The notes under the pieces are model-generated. The model was not told the DNA's origin. It searched no databases and saw nothing but the letters and a program-made list of their open reading frames with translations. Shown piece by piece: positions 36,397 to 49,500 of a stretch of DNA of 64,000 bases. The stretch is taken from contig VJWM01000119.1 of NCBI GenBank assembly GCA_010909165.1, forward strand, positions 496,001 to 560,000, in the 5' to 3' direction. Both the position numbers and the translations under genes were made by a program. The stretch's first letter is position 1; each line of letters starts with the position of its first letter. The DNA comes from Anthoceros angustus. Its lineage: Eukaryota > Plantae > Anthocerotophyta.

Positions 36397-36717
36397 CTAC
36401 GTATCCGCTTCATTTGCCCTATCTTGGACTTTATTGAAGTCCGTCATGAGAGCTTCCCAGCGATCACGGCATTGCCGTCTGTAAACCTTATGGCTTGCAA
36501 ATGAAGTTGAAATTACAGCCCATCTTGTGTTGGCAGAGTCATCTTTTCTTTCATCTGCGTCCAGCATAACATCTTCCTTCCGCATGTAAACCAATATGAG
36601 CAATTTAGATTCGTCCCACCTTTTTCCTGTGTTATCTTCGTCAATGAGTGATGAATCACCTTGATTTGAAGCTTGAACCCTAGACCTTTTCTTGCCCTCG
36701 GCACGGTTGGGATTCAC
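36397..36717 (-). pseudogene. Trihelix (GT-1-like) Myb/SANT DNA-binding domain fragment; further copies at ~35280-35585, 38160-38467 and 42065-42365
   Basis: [36 protein letters not shown]. It ends at the BED element boundary and the copies differ by indels. Confidence 0.6.
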
Positions 36718-39700
36718 AGACGGGTTATGAGGACCTTGGCTTTCCAGCTCAGTCTAAAATTGTGGCCTCCAAGCTGCGGAATAGCCAGGACCTTGTAAGT
36801 GTGCTGCTACATTATCCCCAGTGTGGGTTTGGAGGAGCAAAGGACCTAAGACAAATGTTGAGATTGATACACGTTTCTGTTAGAAATGTCTTCACAATTT
36901 GTAGCATGCTTCACACTTGATACCTACCAGGTATGCTTGGCACATTGAATCCAGCCGGAGGTCTTGCTGAAGTCGATAGCAGAACAAAAGAGTCCATTTG
37001 TACAATGCAGGCGCGCCCTGTCCTCAACGCTAGAACGATTCATGTAAAGAGGGCAACTTGCAGCGGTAATGGAAATGGCAAAATAACGGGCGATTCCTGG
37101 TCCCATATGACATCCAACCCGGATTGTATATCGCCGTTCCGTTATTTCAGACGGCGCTAACCGGCATGGGGGGGTACCTACTCTGGGTCGGAGAAATCCA
37201 AGTGTACCTAACAATAAACCCGGCCAAAACCTACGACCCGGAGTGCTCAACCCGGCCGTAAACCATTAATGTTCATTGTCTTTTGTACAACGTGGCTGGA
37301 AATCCTCCGGGTACGGGTTACATGGGAACCTAGCATTATAAGGTGCGCAACTTTTCTGTCCCTTTTTCCTTTTCAAAGTCCGAAGCATGCGCAAAGGCAC
37401 GCTTTGTGAGGCTCGCTCGCGGGAGGTGCATACCTGCAACATCGCGAGATGTCGAGTTTGCGGGAAGACGGCATCGTGTGAGAGTGCCCTACATCTGGCC
37501 ATCTGATTGAAGTGCCCTACATCTGGCCTCAAAATCGGCTCACCGTGACGGGCACTACGGAAATCCAGTAGAGGAGGGCCAAAAGAATCGATTTTAATTT
37601 GATTTTGATGAGCGTAGGCAAGGATTTTTACCTCAGAGGTGGGCCGTGGCATGAAGTCCATCATAGACATTTCTTGACTGGAGAAGGGAGGAAAGTGAAC
37701 TAGCACCTGGTTTTTGACAGACACAGTGGAAAGAAACTAAAATGCTGAAGCTGTCAGGAGGGCAGAATTAGAGACTTGCTCATACATAGGTATGTAATAC
37801 GAAGGCTTGCCGAGTTTCCACGAGCCCATACTCATTACCTGTAGTCCCCTAGTTGGTATGCCTTCCATGTTGCAAGGCCCTTGAATGCCCCCTAGCTAGT
37901 ATATATTCGTTATTGCAACAACTTTGTGGGCCTTTTAAATTAAGTGAAACATAATGACTCTGCTCAAGATTCAAATAAAAGAATACAATTATCTAGGAGA
38001 GTATGCAGAACAAAAGATAAGATATTAATAAATCTTATCTTATAATTAATTGGCTTTTATGAGCTTGATGTTCAAAAACTACCTAAAGAAAAGGAAAAAG
38101 TTACGTAGGAATGAACTTAGACATTAATCGCCTTATGTGGCAACTACGTATCCGCTCATCCCTATCTTGGACTTTATTGAAGTCCGTCATGAGAGCTTCC
38201 GATCACGGCATTGCCCGCCGTAAACCTTAAACCTTATGCAAATGAAGTTGAAATTACAGCCCATCTTGTGTTGGCAGGAGTCATCTTTTCTTTCATACCG
38301 CCGTCCCTGTGCTTCATAACATCTTCCTTCCGTACAGAAACCAATATGAGCAATTTAGATTCGTCCCACCTTTTTCCTGTGTTATCTTCGTCAATGAGTG
38401 ATGAATCACCTTGATTTGAAGCTTGAACCCTAGACCTTTTCTTGCCCTCGGCACGGTTGGGATTCACAGACGGGTTATGAGGACCTTGGCTTTCCAGCTC
38501 AGTCTAAAATTGTGGCCTCCAAGCTGCGGAATAGGGGACCTTGTAAGTGTCTTTTCATTATCCCGATGTGGGTTTGGAGGAGCAAAGGACCTAAGACAAA
38601 TGTTGAGATTGATACACGTTTACATGTCTTCACAATTTGTAGCATGCTTCACACTTGATACCTACCAGGTATGCTTGGCACATTGAATCCAGCCGGAGGT
38701 CTTGCTGAAGTCGATAGCAGAACAAAAGAGTCCATTTGTACAATGCAGGCGCGCCCTGTCCTCAACGCTAGAACGATTCATGTAAAGAGGGCAACTTGCA
38801 GCGGTAATGGAAATGGCAAAATAACGGGCGATTCCTGGTCCCATATGACATCCAACCTGGATTGTATATCGCCGTTCCGTTATTTCAGACGGCGCTAACC
38901 GGCATGGGGGTACCTACTCTGGGTCGGAGAAATCCAAGTGTACCTAACAATAAACCCGGCCAAAACCTACGACCCGGAGTGCTCAACCCGGCCGTAAACC
39001 ATTAATGTTCATTGTCTTTTGTACAACGTGGCTGGAAATCCTCCGGGTACGGGTTACATGGGAACCTAGCATTATAAGGTGCGCAACTTTTCTGTCCTTT
39101 TTCCTTTTCAAAGTCCGAAGCATGCGCAAAGGCACGCTTTGTGAGGCTCGCTCGCGGAGGTGCATACCTGCAACATCGCGAGATGTCGAGTTTGGGGAAG
39201 ACGGCATCGTGTGAGAGTGCCCTACATCTGGCCATCTGATTGAAGTGCCCTACATCTGGCCTCAAAATCGGCTCACCGTGACGGGCACTACGGAAATCCA
39301 GTAGAGGAGGGCCAAAAGAATCGATTTTAATTTGATTTTGATGAGCGTAGGCAAGGATTTTTACCTCAGAGGTGGGCCGTGGCATGAAGTCCATCATAGA
39401 CATTTCTTGACTGGAGAAGGGAGGAAAGTGAACTAGCACCTGGTTTTTGACAGACACAGTGGAAAGAAACTAAAATGCTGAAGCTGTCAGGAGGCAATTC
39501 TAAGTATAATATGTCTTGTGTGTTTTAGTGTTTCTTAATGTTATGTTTTTATATTATATTATTTTTTCATTTTTTTGTGTATGTTATGTGTATTATGTCT
39601 GAGATTTATTATTCTATCCATATCGTGTTTTGTTGTTGTTTTACACTTCAATTGTTGATCATGTTTATGTTTTGTGTCCGTGTTTGATTGTTTGTGTGAC

Positions 39701-40862
39701 TGTAGGAGTTCAACATCAAATAAAGATCATGGCACGGGGATGCCCCAGCCATCCTATTTGGAAGTATTACAAAAAGGAGTACTCTAGTAAATACAAGACA
39801 TTTACTCGAATGGTTTGCAAGTTTTGTAAGAAAAGGGTTTGCTTTGGGGAAGCTCTACTAGAGCATTTCGCCATCTTGTCGAAGGGCAAAAGGTCGCAAT
39901 GTAAACACCGCCCTATTGAAATGAAGTCCGATAAGGGAGAAATGTGAGGCGATGCCAAGGTATTTCAACATAGTCTTTTAATGTAATATTCTCCATTTTC
40001 ATGCAATATTGACATGTCTAATTTCGTGTATGACTATGAAAATCAGCGTATACAAGTGCGACAAAACAAGAAATGCTTGGAGCAAGACGAGCACGCCTCA
40101 AAGATTTCAAGAGAAAATTGAAGACCACTCCTAGAACTTGGTTTTGGTTACATGGGAACCTAGCATTATAAGGTGCGCAACTTTTCTGTCCTTTTTCCTT
40201 TTCAAAGTCCGAAGCATGCGCAAAGGCACGCTTTGTGAGGCTCGCTCGCGGGAGGTGCATACCTGCAACATCGCGAGATGTCGAGTTTGCGGGAAGACGG
40301 CATCGTGTGAGAGTGCCCTACATCTGGCCATCTGATTGAAGTGCCCTACATCTGGCCTCAAAATCGGCTCACCGTGACGGGCACTACGGAAATCCAGTAG
40401 AGGAGGGCCAAAAGAATCGATTTTAATTTGATTTTGATGAGCGTAGGCAAGGATTTTTACCTCAGAGGTGGGCCGTGGCATGAAGTCCATCATAGACATT
40501 TCTTGACTGGAGAAGGGAGGAAAGTGAACTAGCACCTGGTTTTTTGACAGACACAGTGGAAAGAAACTAAAATGCTGAAGCTGTCAGGAGGGCAGAATTA
40601 GAGACTTGCTCATACATAGGTATGTAATACGAAGGCTTGCCGAGTTTCCACGAGCCCATACTCATTACCTACCTTAATCACGACATCGTGCAGATAATCC
40701 AGATTCTTTTGTTGGATTCCCTTGGGTCTGGCAGCTTCACAACAGCCACCTCGGCTAACATGAAGACAAAACTTCGGACAGCCACTAGACTCCAAGTTGC
40801 GACATATTATAAAAGGGCAGTCAAAAACACTTAGGTGAACTCACCCCATACGACCAGGGTCA

Positions 40863-43215
40863 CTACAGTGCACTGTCATATCTGTGGGCCACATCCTTCC
40901 AGTTCACCACCTTCCAGATGGATTTGAGGTAATCTGCGCGAACGTTCTTATACTGCACGCAGATAATAAGAAGTTAGTAAGCGATGACGGTCTTACTGCA
41001 AAGCCGCACGGCTGATGTGGGGGCTGCCATGGGATTCCGGCATTCCAAGCGGAATGAAAGTAAAACGAAGCAGTGGATCACCTGGAGATAGTAGGCATGC
41101 TCCCAGACATCGATCCCCAGGAGTGGTTCCAATCCGATTGTCCTCAGAGGGTCCTGGAATGGAAGGTGGCAAACGAAATCAAAACCAGCTTTCACCGGAA
41201 CCAACCACATATGCTCCCCAACCAAGAACCATCAATGGCAATACAATACCTGATTGGGAGTGGTGGCCACAACCAGCCTCTTGAGATTCTTGTCCAGCCC
41301 CAGCCACTGTGCCAGAGACAGGACAGCAGAAGAATTCAGCAACTGTCTGCTTGAGAAACGTCTCCAACAGAAAGTTCAAATCAACGTACCACCCATCCCG
41401 ATCCCTGTACGGCAGCACCCTCGGTGTTCATCCTGTCTACCAAGCCATCCAACGACTTGAACTGCTCCTCAATTGCTCTGAGAAGGTCCCCTTCAGGAGG
41501 CTGACCTCCACCTTCCTGCTTCCACGCATAATTTCAGAGGCCGCCATGCCACAAACTACAAAATCCAACCGTGAACTGCACAGCACCTAGGCACGTACAG
41601 ATGTTGGAGCAAGGTTCCGCCAGAAGATGGTGTGGTTAACATGCCCTGCAAGAGGATGCCAGATTTAGCCACGACACCACCTAACAAGAATCCAAACCTC
41701 AAAACGCACACACTCACCTCCGCCATTGAATTTGAGACTATTTGTACCACAAAATCCTTAATAAAGTCTTGCTGTTCTGCAAAAAAAGAGTGAGGCAAAA
41801 GCCTCGTTAAGCAAATCCAAAGTTTTCTAAAGAGTATGGTGCAGTTGTATTTGAGGACACATGTTCTTCACCTTTGAGGCGATATATTTAAGATATTACA
41901 GATATGAGACATATGATAAGATATTAATAAATCTTATCTTATAATTAATTGGCTTTTATGAGCTTGATGTTCAAAAAACTACCTAAAGAAAAGGAAAAAG
42001 TTCGTAGGAATGAACTTAGACATTAACTGCCCTTATGTGGCAACTACGTATCCGCTACGTACCCGCCCTATCTTGGACTTTATTGAAGTCCGTCATGAGA
42101 GCTTCCGATCACGCATTGCCGTCTGTAAACCTTATGGCTTGCAAATGAAGTTGAAATTACAGCCCATCTTGTGTTGGCAGGAGTCATCTTTTCTTTCATA
42201 CCGCCGTCCCTGTGCTTCATAACATCTTCCTTCCGCATGTAAACCAATATGAGCAATTTAGATTCGTCCCACCTTTTCCGTGTTATCTTCACAATGAGTG
42301 ATGAATCACCTTGATTTTGAAGCTTGAACCCTAGACCTTTTCTTGCCTCGGCACGGTTGGATTCACAGACGGGTTATGAGGACCTTGGCTTTCCAGCGTC
42401 TAAAATTGTGGCCTCAAGCTGCGGAATAGCCGGACCTTGTAAGTGTGCTGCTACATTATCCCCAGTGTGGGTTTGGAGGAGCAAAGGACCTAAGACAAAT
42501 GTTGAGATTGATACACGTTTCTGTTAGAAATGTCTTCACAATTTGTAGCATGCTTCACACTTGATACCTACCAGGTATGCTTGGCACATTGAATCCAGCC
42601 GGAGGTCTTGCAAGTCGATAGCAGAACAAAAGAGTCCATTTGTACAATGCAGGCGCGCCCTGTCCTCAACGCTAGAACGATTCATGTAAAGAGGGCAACT
42701 TGCAGCGGTAATGGAAATGGCAAAATAACGGGCGATTCCTGGTCCCATATGACATCCAACCTGGATTGTATATCGCCGTTCCGTTATTTCAGACGGCGCT
42801 AACCGGCATGGGGGTACCTACTCTGGGTCGGAGAAATCCAAGTGTACCTAACAAGAATCCAAACCTCAAAACGCACACACTCACCTCCGCCATTGAATTT
42901 GAGAGCCGGCTGCAGCGCCACGACCTTCTGCGCATCCCTGGCCGAGTGAGCCGCGTCCAGCTGCTCCAGCGCCTTGTTGAAGTTGGTGACGTAGGTCTGG
43001 TGATGCTTCTGATGATGCAGCTTCATGATCTCGGCACTAATCACCGGCTCCAGCGCGTTGTAATCGTAGGGCAGATCCGGCAGCGTGTAAGTGTGGCTCG
43101 ATCGCAGCGTCTCCTTCAGCGGCTCCGAGCTCATCCATCGCACAGCGGCCATGGCAGCCGCGCTACCATTGCTGCCGCCGCTGCGAGCCGCAGCCTTCAC
43201 CAGATGCGCAGCCAT
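40863..43215 (-). CDS. MSD1: Mitochondrial Mn superoxide dismutase; exons 43215-42885, 41645-41599, 41515-41390, 41306-41250, 41153-41082, 40952-40863 (interrupted by scrambled DNA)
   Basis: Transit peptide, [62 protein letters not shown]. Partial copies at 46525-47050 and 48650-48823. Confidence 0.9.
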
Positions 43216-44556
43216 GGCGCCTCGTCTCCGATTCAATTCGGGTCGTGAATTTCTTCAACCTTGCATGCCTAGCACGCCGGCAAGCACCTCGCTTGAGCAT
43301 TTCAGGCTTTCAGCACATTCACTCCACCTGGCGCCCACTGTTTCGCCGGTGGCAGATTGGTTTCGCCAGTTCCGCCGCAAGGTTTCCCGCGAAAATGGCA
43401 TACCTGCAACATCGCGAGATGTCGAGTTTGCGGGAAGACGGCATCGTGTGAGAGTGCCCTACATCTGGCCATCTGATTGAAGTGCCCTACATCTGGCCTC
43501 AAAATCGGCTCACCGTGACGGGCACTACGGAAATCCAGTAGAGGAGGGCCAAAAGAATCGATTTTAATTTGATTTTGATGAGCGTAGGCAAGGATTTTTA
43601 CCTCAGAGGTGGGCCGTGGCATGAAGTCCATCATAGACATTTCTTGACTGGAGAAGGGAGGAAAGTGAACTAGCACCTGGTTTTTTGACAGACACAGTGG
43701 AAAGAAACTAAAATGCTGAAGCTGTCAGGAGGGCAGAATTAGAGACTTGCTCATACATAGGTATGTAATACGAAGGCTTGCCGAGTTTCCACGAGCCCAT
43801 ACTCATTACCTACCTTAATCACGACATCGTGCAGATAATCCAGATTCTTTTGTTGGATTCCCTTGGGTCTGGCAGCTTCACAACAGCCACCTCGGCTAAC
43901 ATGAAGACAAAACTTCGGACAGCCACTAGACTCCAAGTTGCGACATATTATAAAAGGGCAGTCAAAACACTTAGGTGAACTCACCCCATACGACATCCAA
44001 CCTGGATTGTATATCGCCGTTCCGTTATTTCAGACGGCGCTAACCGGCATGGGGGTACCTACTCTGGGTCGGAGAAATCCAAGTGTACCTAACAATAAAC
44101 CCGGCCAAAACCTACGACCCGGAGTGCTCAACCCGGCCGTAAACCATTAATGTTCATTGTCTTTTGTACAACGTGGCTGGAAATCCTCCGGGTACGGGTT
44201 ACATGGGAACCTAGCATTATAAGGTGCGCAACTTTTCTGTCCTTTTTCCTTTTCAAAGTCCGAAGCATGCGCAAAGGCACGCTTTGTGAGGCTCGCTCGC
44301 GGAGGTGCATACCTGCTTCAAGTTAGTCGACTTTCTTCATCAAGTCAGGGTTTTGCGAGCGTGAACCGGGCGCGGCAGCGATCACACTTGCCTCGGCCGG
44401 GCTGGCGGACGGCGGGGGTAATCCATCGTGAAGACCCTCATCTGCCGTCTCGATGGTGATTGCTGCTTCTTCCCTGTTTCATTCAAGCTGTGCGATTTGG
44501 CTGGGCTCGTCTTCTGCACGTTTGGTTTGGAATTCTATCTGAATCGAGGTGGAGCC

Positions 44557-46505
44557 ATGTTGGTCACGGATTGTGTCTTTCTGGTGTGCAGCTTCCGCTA
44601 TCGTTGCTCAAAACTGCGCAAGGGCATCCTATGGTAATTGAATTTTTGTTTTGATGACTTCCTTGAGGACAGAGACTTTGAAGACAGTAGAGACAGCCTC
44701 TAGAATTTCCTCCAGTTTGATGTGGGTGCTTTGCTGTTGATCTTGCAGCTGGTGGAGCTGAAAAATGGGGAGACTTATAACGGACACCTTGTTAATTGCG
44801 ACACCTGGATGAATATACATTTGCGGGAGGTTATTTGTACTTCTAAGGTGAGAGAAACCCTAGTATTTTTATGTGCGTTCGGTGAGATAAGATGACGTTC
44901 CTCTGGAGGGCAATAGGACTGAGGGATCTGTAGTGTTGTGATTAAGCACGATAAGTAGAATCTAAGGTGTCTGATGCGAGCTCTATTGGCTCTGAAATGT
45001 AAGCTTGCGTTGTAGGATGGAGACCGCTTTTGGAGGATGCCGGAGTGTTACATACGTGGTAATACTATCAAATACCTACGAGTTCCAGATGAGGTGCGTG
45101 CGCTACTCTCCATTGTTCCTTCAGGTTTTGTTTTTGCTTTTGTTTTGAGGGTGTGCTGTGGGACTTATGCATTTCCTGCCATGTGGGCTTTGCCGTCTTC
45201 TCTGTTTGTAACTTTTCCGTCATGCTCCTACGTTGCAGGTCATTGACAAAGTTCAGGAAGAGACTGTGAGGAGATCTGGTGAGGTTTCTTCCATGCCTTC
45301 AGCTTGTGGCTTGTTTTTTCTCATTGTGGTGGTCTGTAGCCTATCAGCCGACACTGAAAGTTGGACTTCATTGACAAACAGACCGTAAACCAATAATTGG
45401 AGGTCGTGGACGGGGGAGAGGGAGAGGTGACGATCCTATAGGGAGAGGTGCTGGCAGAGGTGGGCCGTGGCATGAAGTCCATCATAGACATTTCTTGACT
45501 GGAGAAGGGAGGAAAGTGAACTAGCACCTGGTTTTTGACAGACACAGTGGAAAGAAACTAAAATGCTGAAGCTGTCAGGAGGGCAGAATTAGAGACTTGC
45601 TCATACATAGGTATGTAATACGAAGGCTTGAGTTTCCACGAGCCCATACTCATTACCTACCTTAATCACGACATCGTGCAGATAATCCAGATTCTTTTGT
45701 TGGATTCCCTTGGGTCTGGCAGCTTCACAACAGCCACCTCGGCTAACATGAAGACAAAACTTCGGACAGCCACTAGACTCCAAGTTGCGACATATTATAA
45801 AAGGGCAGTCAAAAACACTTAGGTGAACTCACCCCATACGACCAGGGTCACTACAGTGCACTGTCATATCTGTGGGCCACATCCTTCCAGTTCACCACCT
45901 TCCAGATGAGGTGCGTGCGCTACTCTCCATTGTTCCTTCAGGTTTTGTTTTTGCTTTTGTTTTGAGGGTGTGCTGTGGGACTTATGCATTTCCTGCCATG
46001 GGCTTTGCCGTCTTCTCTGTTTGTAACTTTTCCGTCATGCTCCTACGTTGCAGGTCATTGACAAAGTTCAGGAAGAGACTGTGAGGAGATCTGGTGAGGT
46101 TTCTTCCATGCCTTCAGCTTGTGGCTTGTTTTTTCTCATTGTGGTGGTCTGTAGCCTATCAGCCGACACTGAAAGTTGGACTTCATTGACAAACAGACCG
46201 TAAACCAATAATTGGAGGTCGTGGACGGGGGAGAGGGAGAGGTGACGATCCTATAGGGAGAGGTGCTGGCAGAGGTGGTGGGGGGCCTGGTGCTGGTGGA
46301 AGAGGAGGTGGACGAGGATATGGAGAAGACAACAGTGGGGGTAGAGGTGGTGGGGGCAGAGGCGCTCGTGGACCTGGGAGGGGCGGTGGAGGAAGAGGTA
46401 TTTGTCTAGTAACTCTATTCATGGTTGCTCGCACCTCCTTTCATGCCTTAGTTATGTTTTGATGATTGGTGGCTGGCAGGTGGTGCAGGGCGTGGACGTG
46501 GTTAA
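44557..46505 (+). CDS. LSM4: Sm-like protein LSm4 with an RGG tail (split across overlapping scrambled copies)
   Basis: [14 protein letters not shown]|[33 protein letters not shown]|[26 protein letters not shown]|VIDKVQEE, followed by an RGG-rich end. Other copies at 48260-48650 and 50500-51400. Confidence 0.9.
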
Positions 46506-49500
46506 GGCACTATCATTTGCAGTTTACCTGATTGGGAGTGGTGGCCACAACCAGCCTCTTGAGATTCTTGTCCAGCCCCAGCCACTGTGCCAGAGACAGG
46601 ACAGCAGAAGAATTCAGCAACTGTCTGCTTGAGAAACGTCTCCAACAGAAAGTTCAAATCAACGTACCACCCATCCCGATCCCTGTACGGCAGCACCCTC
46701 GGTGTTCATCCTGTCTACCAAGCCATCCAACGACTTGAACTGCTCCTCAATTGCTCTGAGAAGGTCCCCTTCAGGAGGCTGACCTCCACCTTCCTGCTTC
46801 CACGCATAATTTCAGAGGCCGCCATGGGATTCCGGCATTCCAAGCGGAATGAAAGTAAAACGAAGCAGTGGATCACCTGGAGATAGTAGGCATGCTCCCA
46901 GACATCGATCCCCAGGAGTGGTTCCAATCCGATTGTCCTCAGAGGGTCCTGGAATGGAAGGTGGCAAACGAAATCAAAACCAGCTTTCACCGGAACCAAC
47001 CACATATGCTCCCCAACCAAGAACCATCAATGGCAATACAATACCTGATTTCATTTGGCCTCAGCTTGCAACGTCGATCTCACAGGCCCACATTTGGTGG
47101 GATAGGTGCTGCTTCGTCCGACTTGAGCACTTATAAGCCGCTGGCCAGCCAGGTGACCGTGAAGAATAGGTAGTTCTTCAGTTATGTGCATTTTGAAAAG
47201 AATAAGTCGATTAATTTTCTCCGCTCTGGAAGTCAGGGTTGGAAGCTTGCGTCGAGGAAGTCTCTCTGTTTTTTTACAATGTGACTCCTTCAGGCCTCTT
47301 ATGGAGCCTGGGAGCTCCCTAATTGAATTGAAGTATGGCCTATGTATTTGGATAGCCAGACGTTTGCACTCCGACCAATTTACAATGCTTCCCATTCAAG
47401 ATCGTTTGAACATCATCAGGTTTTGCGACATTAGAAGCTCGGACAATCTCCTGATCAGCGGCGGGTTGCTGGTAAGGTAATCTTCGAAGGCCTTGCGAAT
47501 GGGTCCTAGTGGCGGGTTACTATCACAGTTATCGACATTTAGCAGGGTATCAAACAGGTTCTTCCAGAGCTCCACATTCCAATACCTTTTGTAGGCTGCT
47601 TTGGGCTGGTATAGGGACGAGAAGCAGCAGAATTGGGAACAGTCTTCACCTCCAAGTAGCTACCATGCAGGAGGCAGTGTGCCACAACACACAAACCATA
47701 GGTGTCGATCTGGAAAGTCCATGGCCTCCTCCAGCATTTCAGGCTTTCAGCACATTCACTCCACCTGGCGCCCACTGTTTCGCCGGTGGCAGATTGGTTT
47801 CGCCAGTTCCGCCGCAAGGTTTCCCGCGAAAATGGCATACCTGCTTCAAGTTAGTCGACTTTCTTCATCAAGTCAGGGTTGGAAGCTTGCGTCGAGGAAG
47901 TCTCTGTTTTTACAATGTGACTCCTTCAGGCCTCTTATGGAGCCTGGGAGCTCCCTAATTGAATTGAAGTATGGCCTATGTATTTGGATAGCCAGACGTT
48001 TGCACTCCGACCAATTTACAATGCTTCCCATTCAAGATCGTTTGAACATCATCAGGTTTTGCGAGCGTGAACCGGGCGCGGCAGCGATCACACTTGCCTC
48101 GGCCGGGCTGGCGGACGGCGGGGTAATCCATCGTGAAGACCCTCATCTGCCGTCTCGATGGTGATTGCTGCTTCTTCCTGTTTCATTCAAGCTGTGCGAT
48201 TTGGCTGGGCTCGTCTTCTGCACGTTTGGTTTGGAATTCTATCTGAATCGAGGTGGAGCCATGTTGGTCACGGATTGTGTCTTTCTGGTGTGCAGCTTCC
48301 GCTATCGTTGCTCAAAACTGCGCAAGGGCATCCTATGGTAATTGAATTTTGTTTTGATGACTTCCTTGAGGACAGAGACTTTGAAGACAGTAGAGACAGC
48401 CTCTAGAATTTCCTCCAGTTTGATGTGGGTGCTTTGCTGTTGATCTTGCAGCTGGTGGAGCTGAAAAATGGGGAGACTTATAACGGACACCTTGTTAATT
48501 GCGACACCTGGATGAATATACATTTGCGGAGGTTATTTGTACTTCTAAGGTGAGAGAAACCCTAGTATTTTTATGTGCGTTCGGTGAGATAAGATGACGT
48601 TCCTCTGGAGGGCAATAGGACTGAGGGATCTGTAGTGTTGTGATTAAGCACCGGCTCCAGCGCGTTGTAATCGTAGGGCAGATCCGGCAGCGTGTAAGTG
48701 TGGCTCGATCGCAGCGTCTCCTTCAGCGGCTCCGAGCTCATCCATCGCACAGCGGCCATGGCAGCCGCGCTACCATTGCTGCCGCCGCTGCGAGCCGCAG
48801 CCTTCACCAGATGCGCAGCCATGGCGCCTCGTCTCCGATTCAATTCGGGTCGTGAATTCTTCAACCTTGCATGCCTAGCACGCCGGCAAGCACCTCGCTT
48901 GAGCATTTCAGTGCACCTGAAGGCTTCTGTCCGGCAGTCGGCAAGGAAGCTGGTTCCAGGTGGGAAGAGGGAGAGGTCTATGCTTCGACCCCAGTCGATC
49001 AAGCAGAGGCCCTCGTGCTGCCAGCAACCTGGTCTGTCAGCGCTCCAGTTCTGGAAACTCTCGTTGTGCCTGCGGATGAGCAGGTTATCTGGCTTGAAGT
49101 CCCCGTGGATGAGCCCAGCTGCGTGCAGGTTCTCCAGCATGCGTAACATTTCTATGGTATAGAAGATGCACAGGATCTCATGCATCTTTTCCCCTTTGGC
49201 CAGGTACGCATTAACCACGTCCTGCAGCGTCCCATGTTCTCCATACTTGCACACCATGATGCTGTAGTCGGAGTAGCAGTGCATTCGTAAGGCGTGGCCG
49301 AAGCTGTCCCTCTCCTTGGCAGGAATGCGGGTAGCCACTTGGGAGTAGATGTAGAACTCCCAAGGCCAGCATGGCTTCTGCACCTTGAGCACAACCTCCT
49401 CGTCCTCCTCGTAGTCGTCTGCCAGATAAACCTGGGCAAAGGATCCCTGGCCTGCGCAGCTCTTGATGTAGTATCCTCTGCCTTCTAATTCCAGTGTCCT

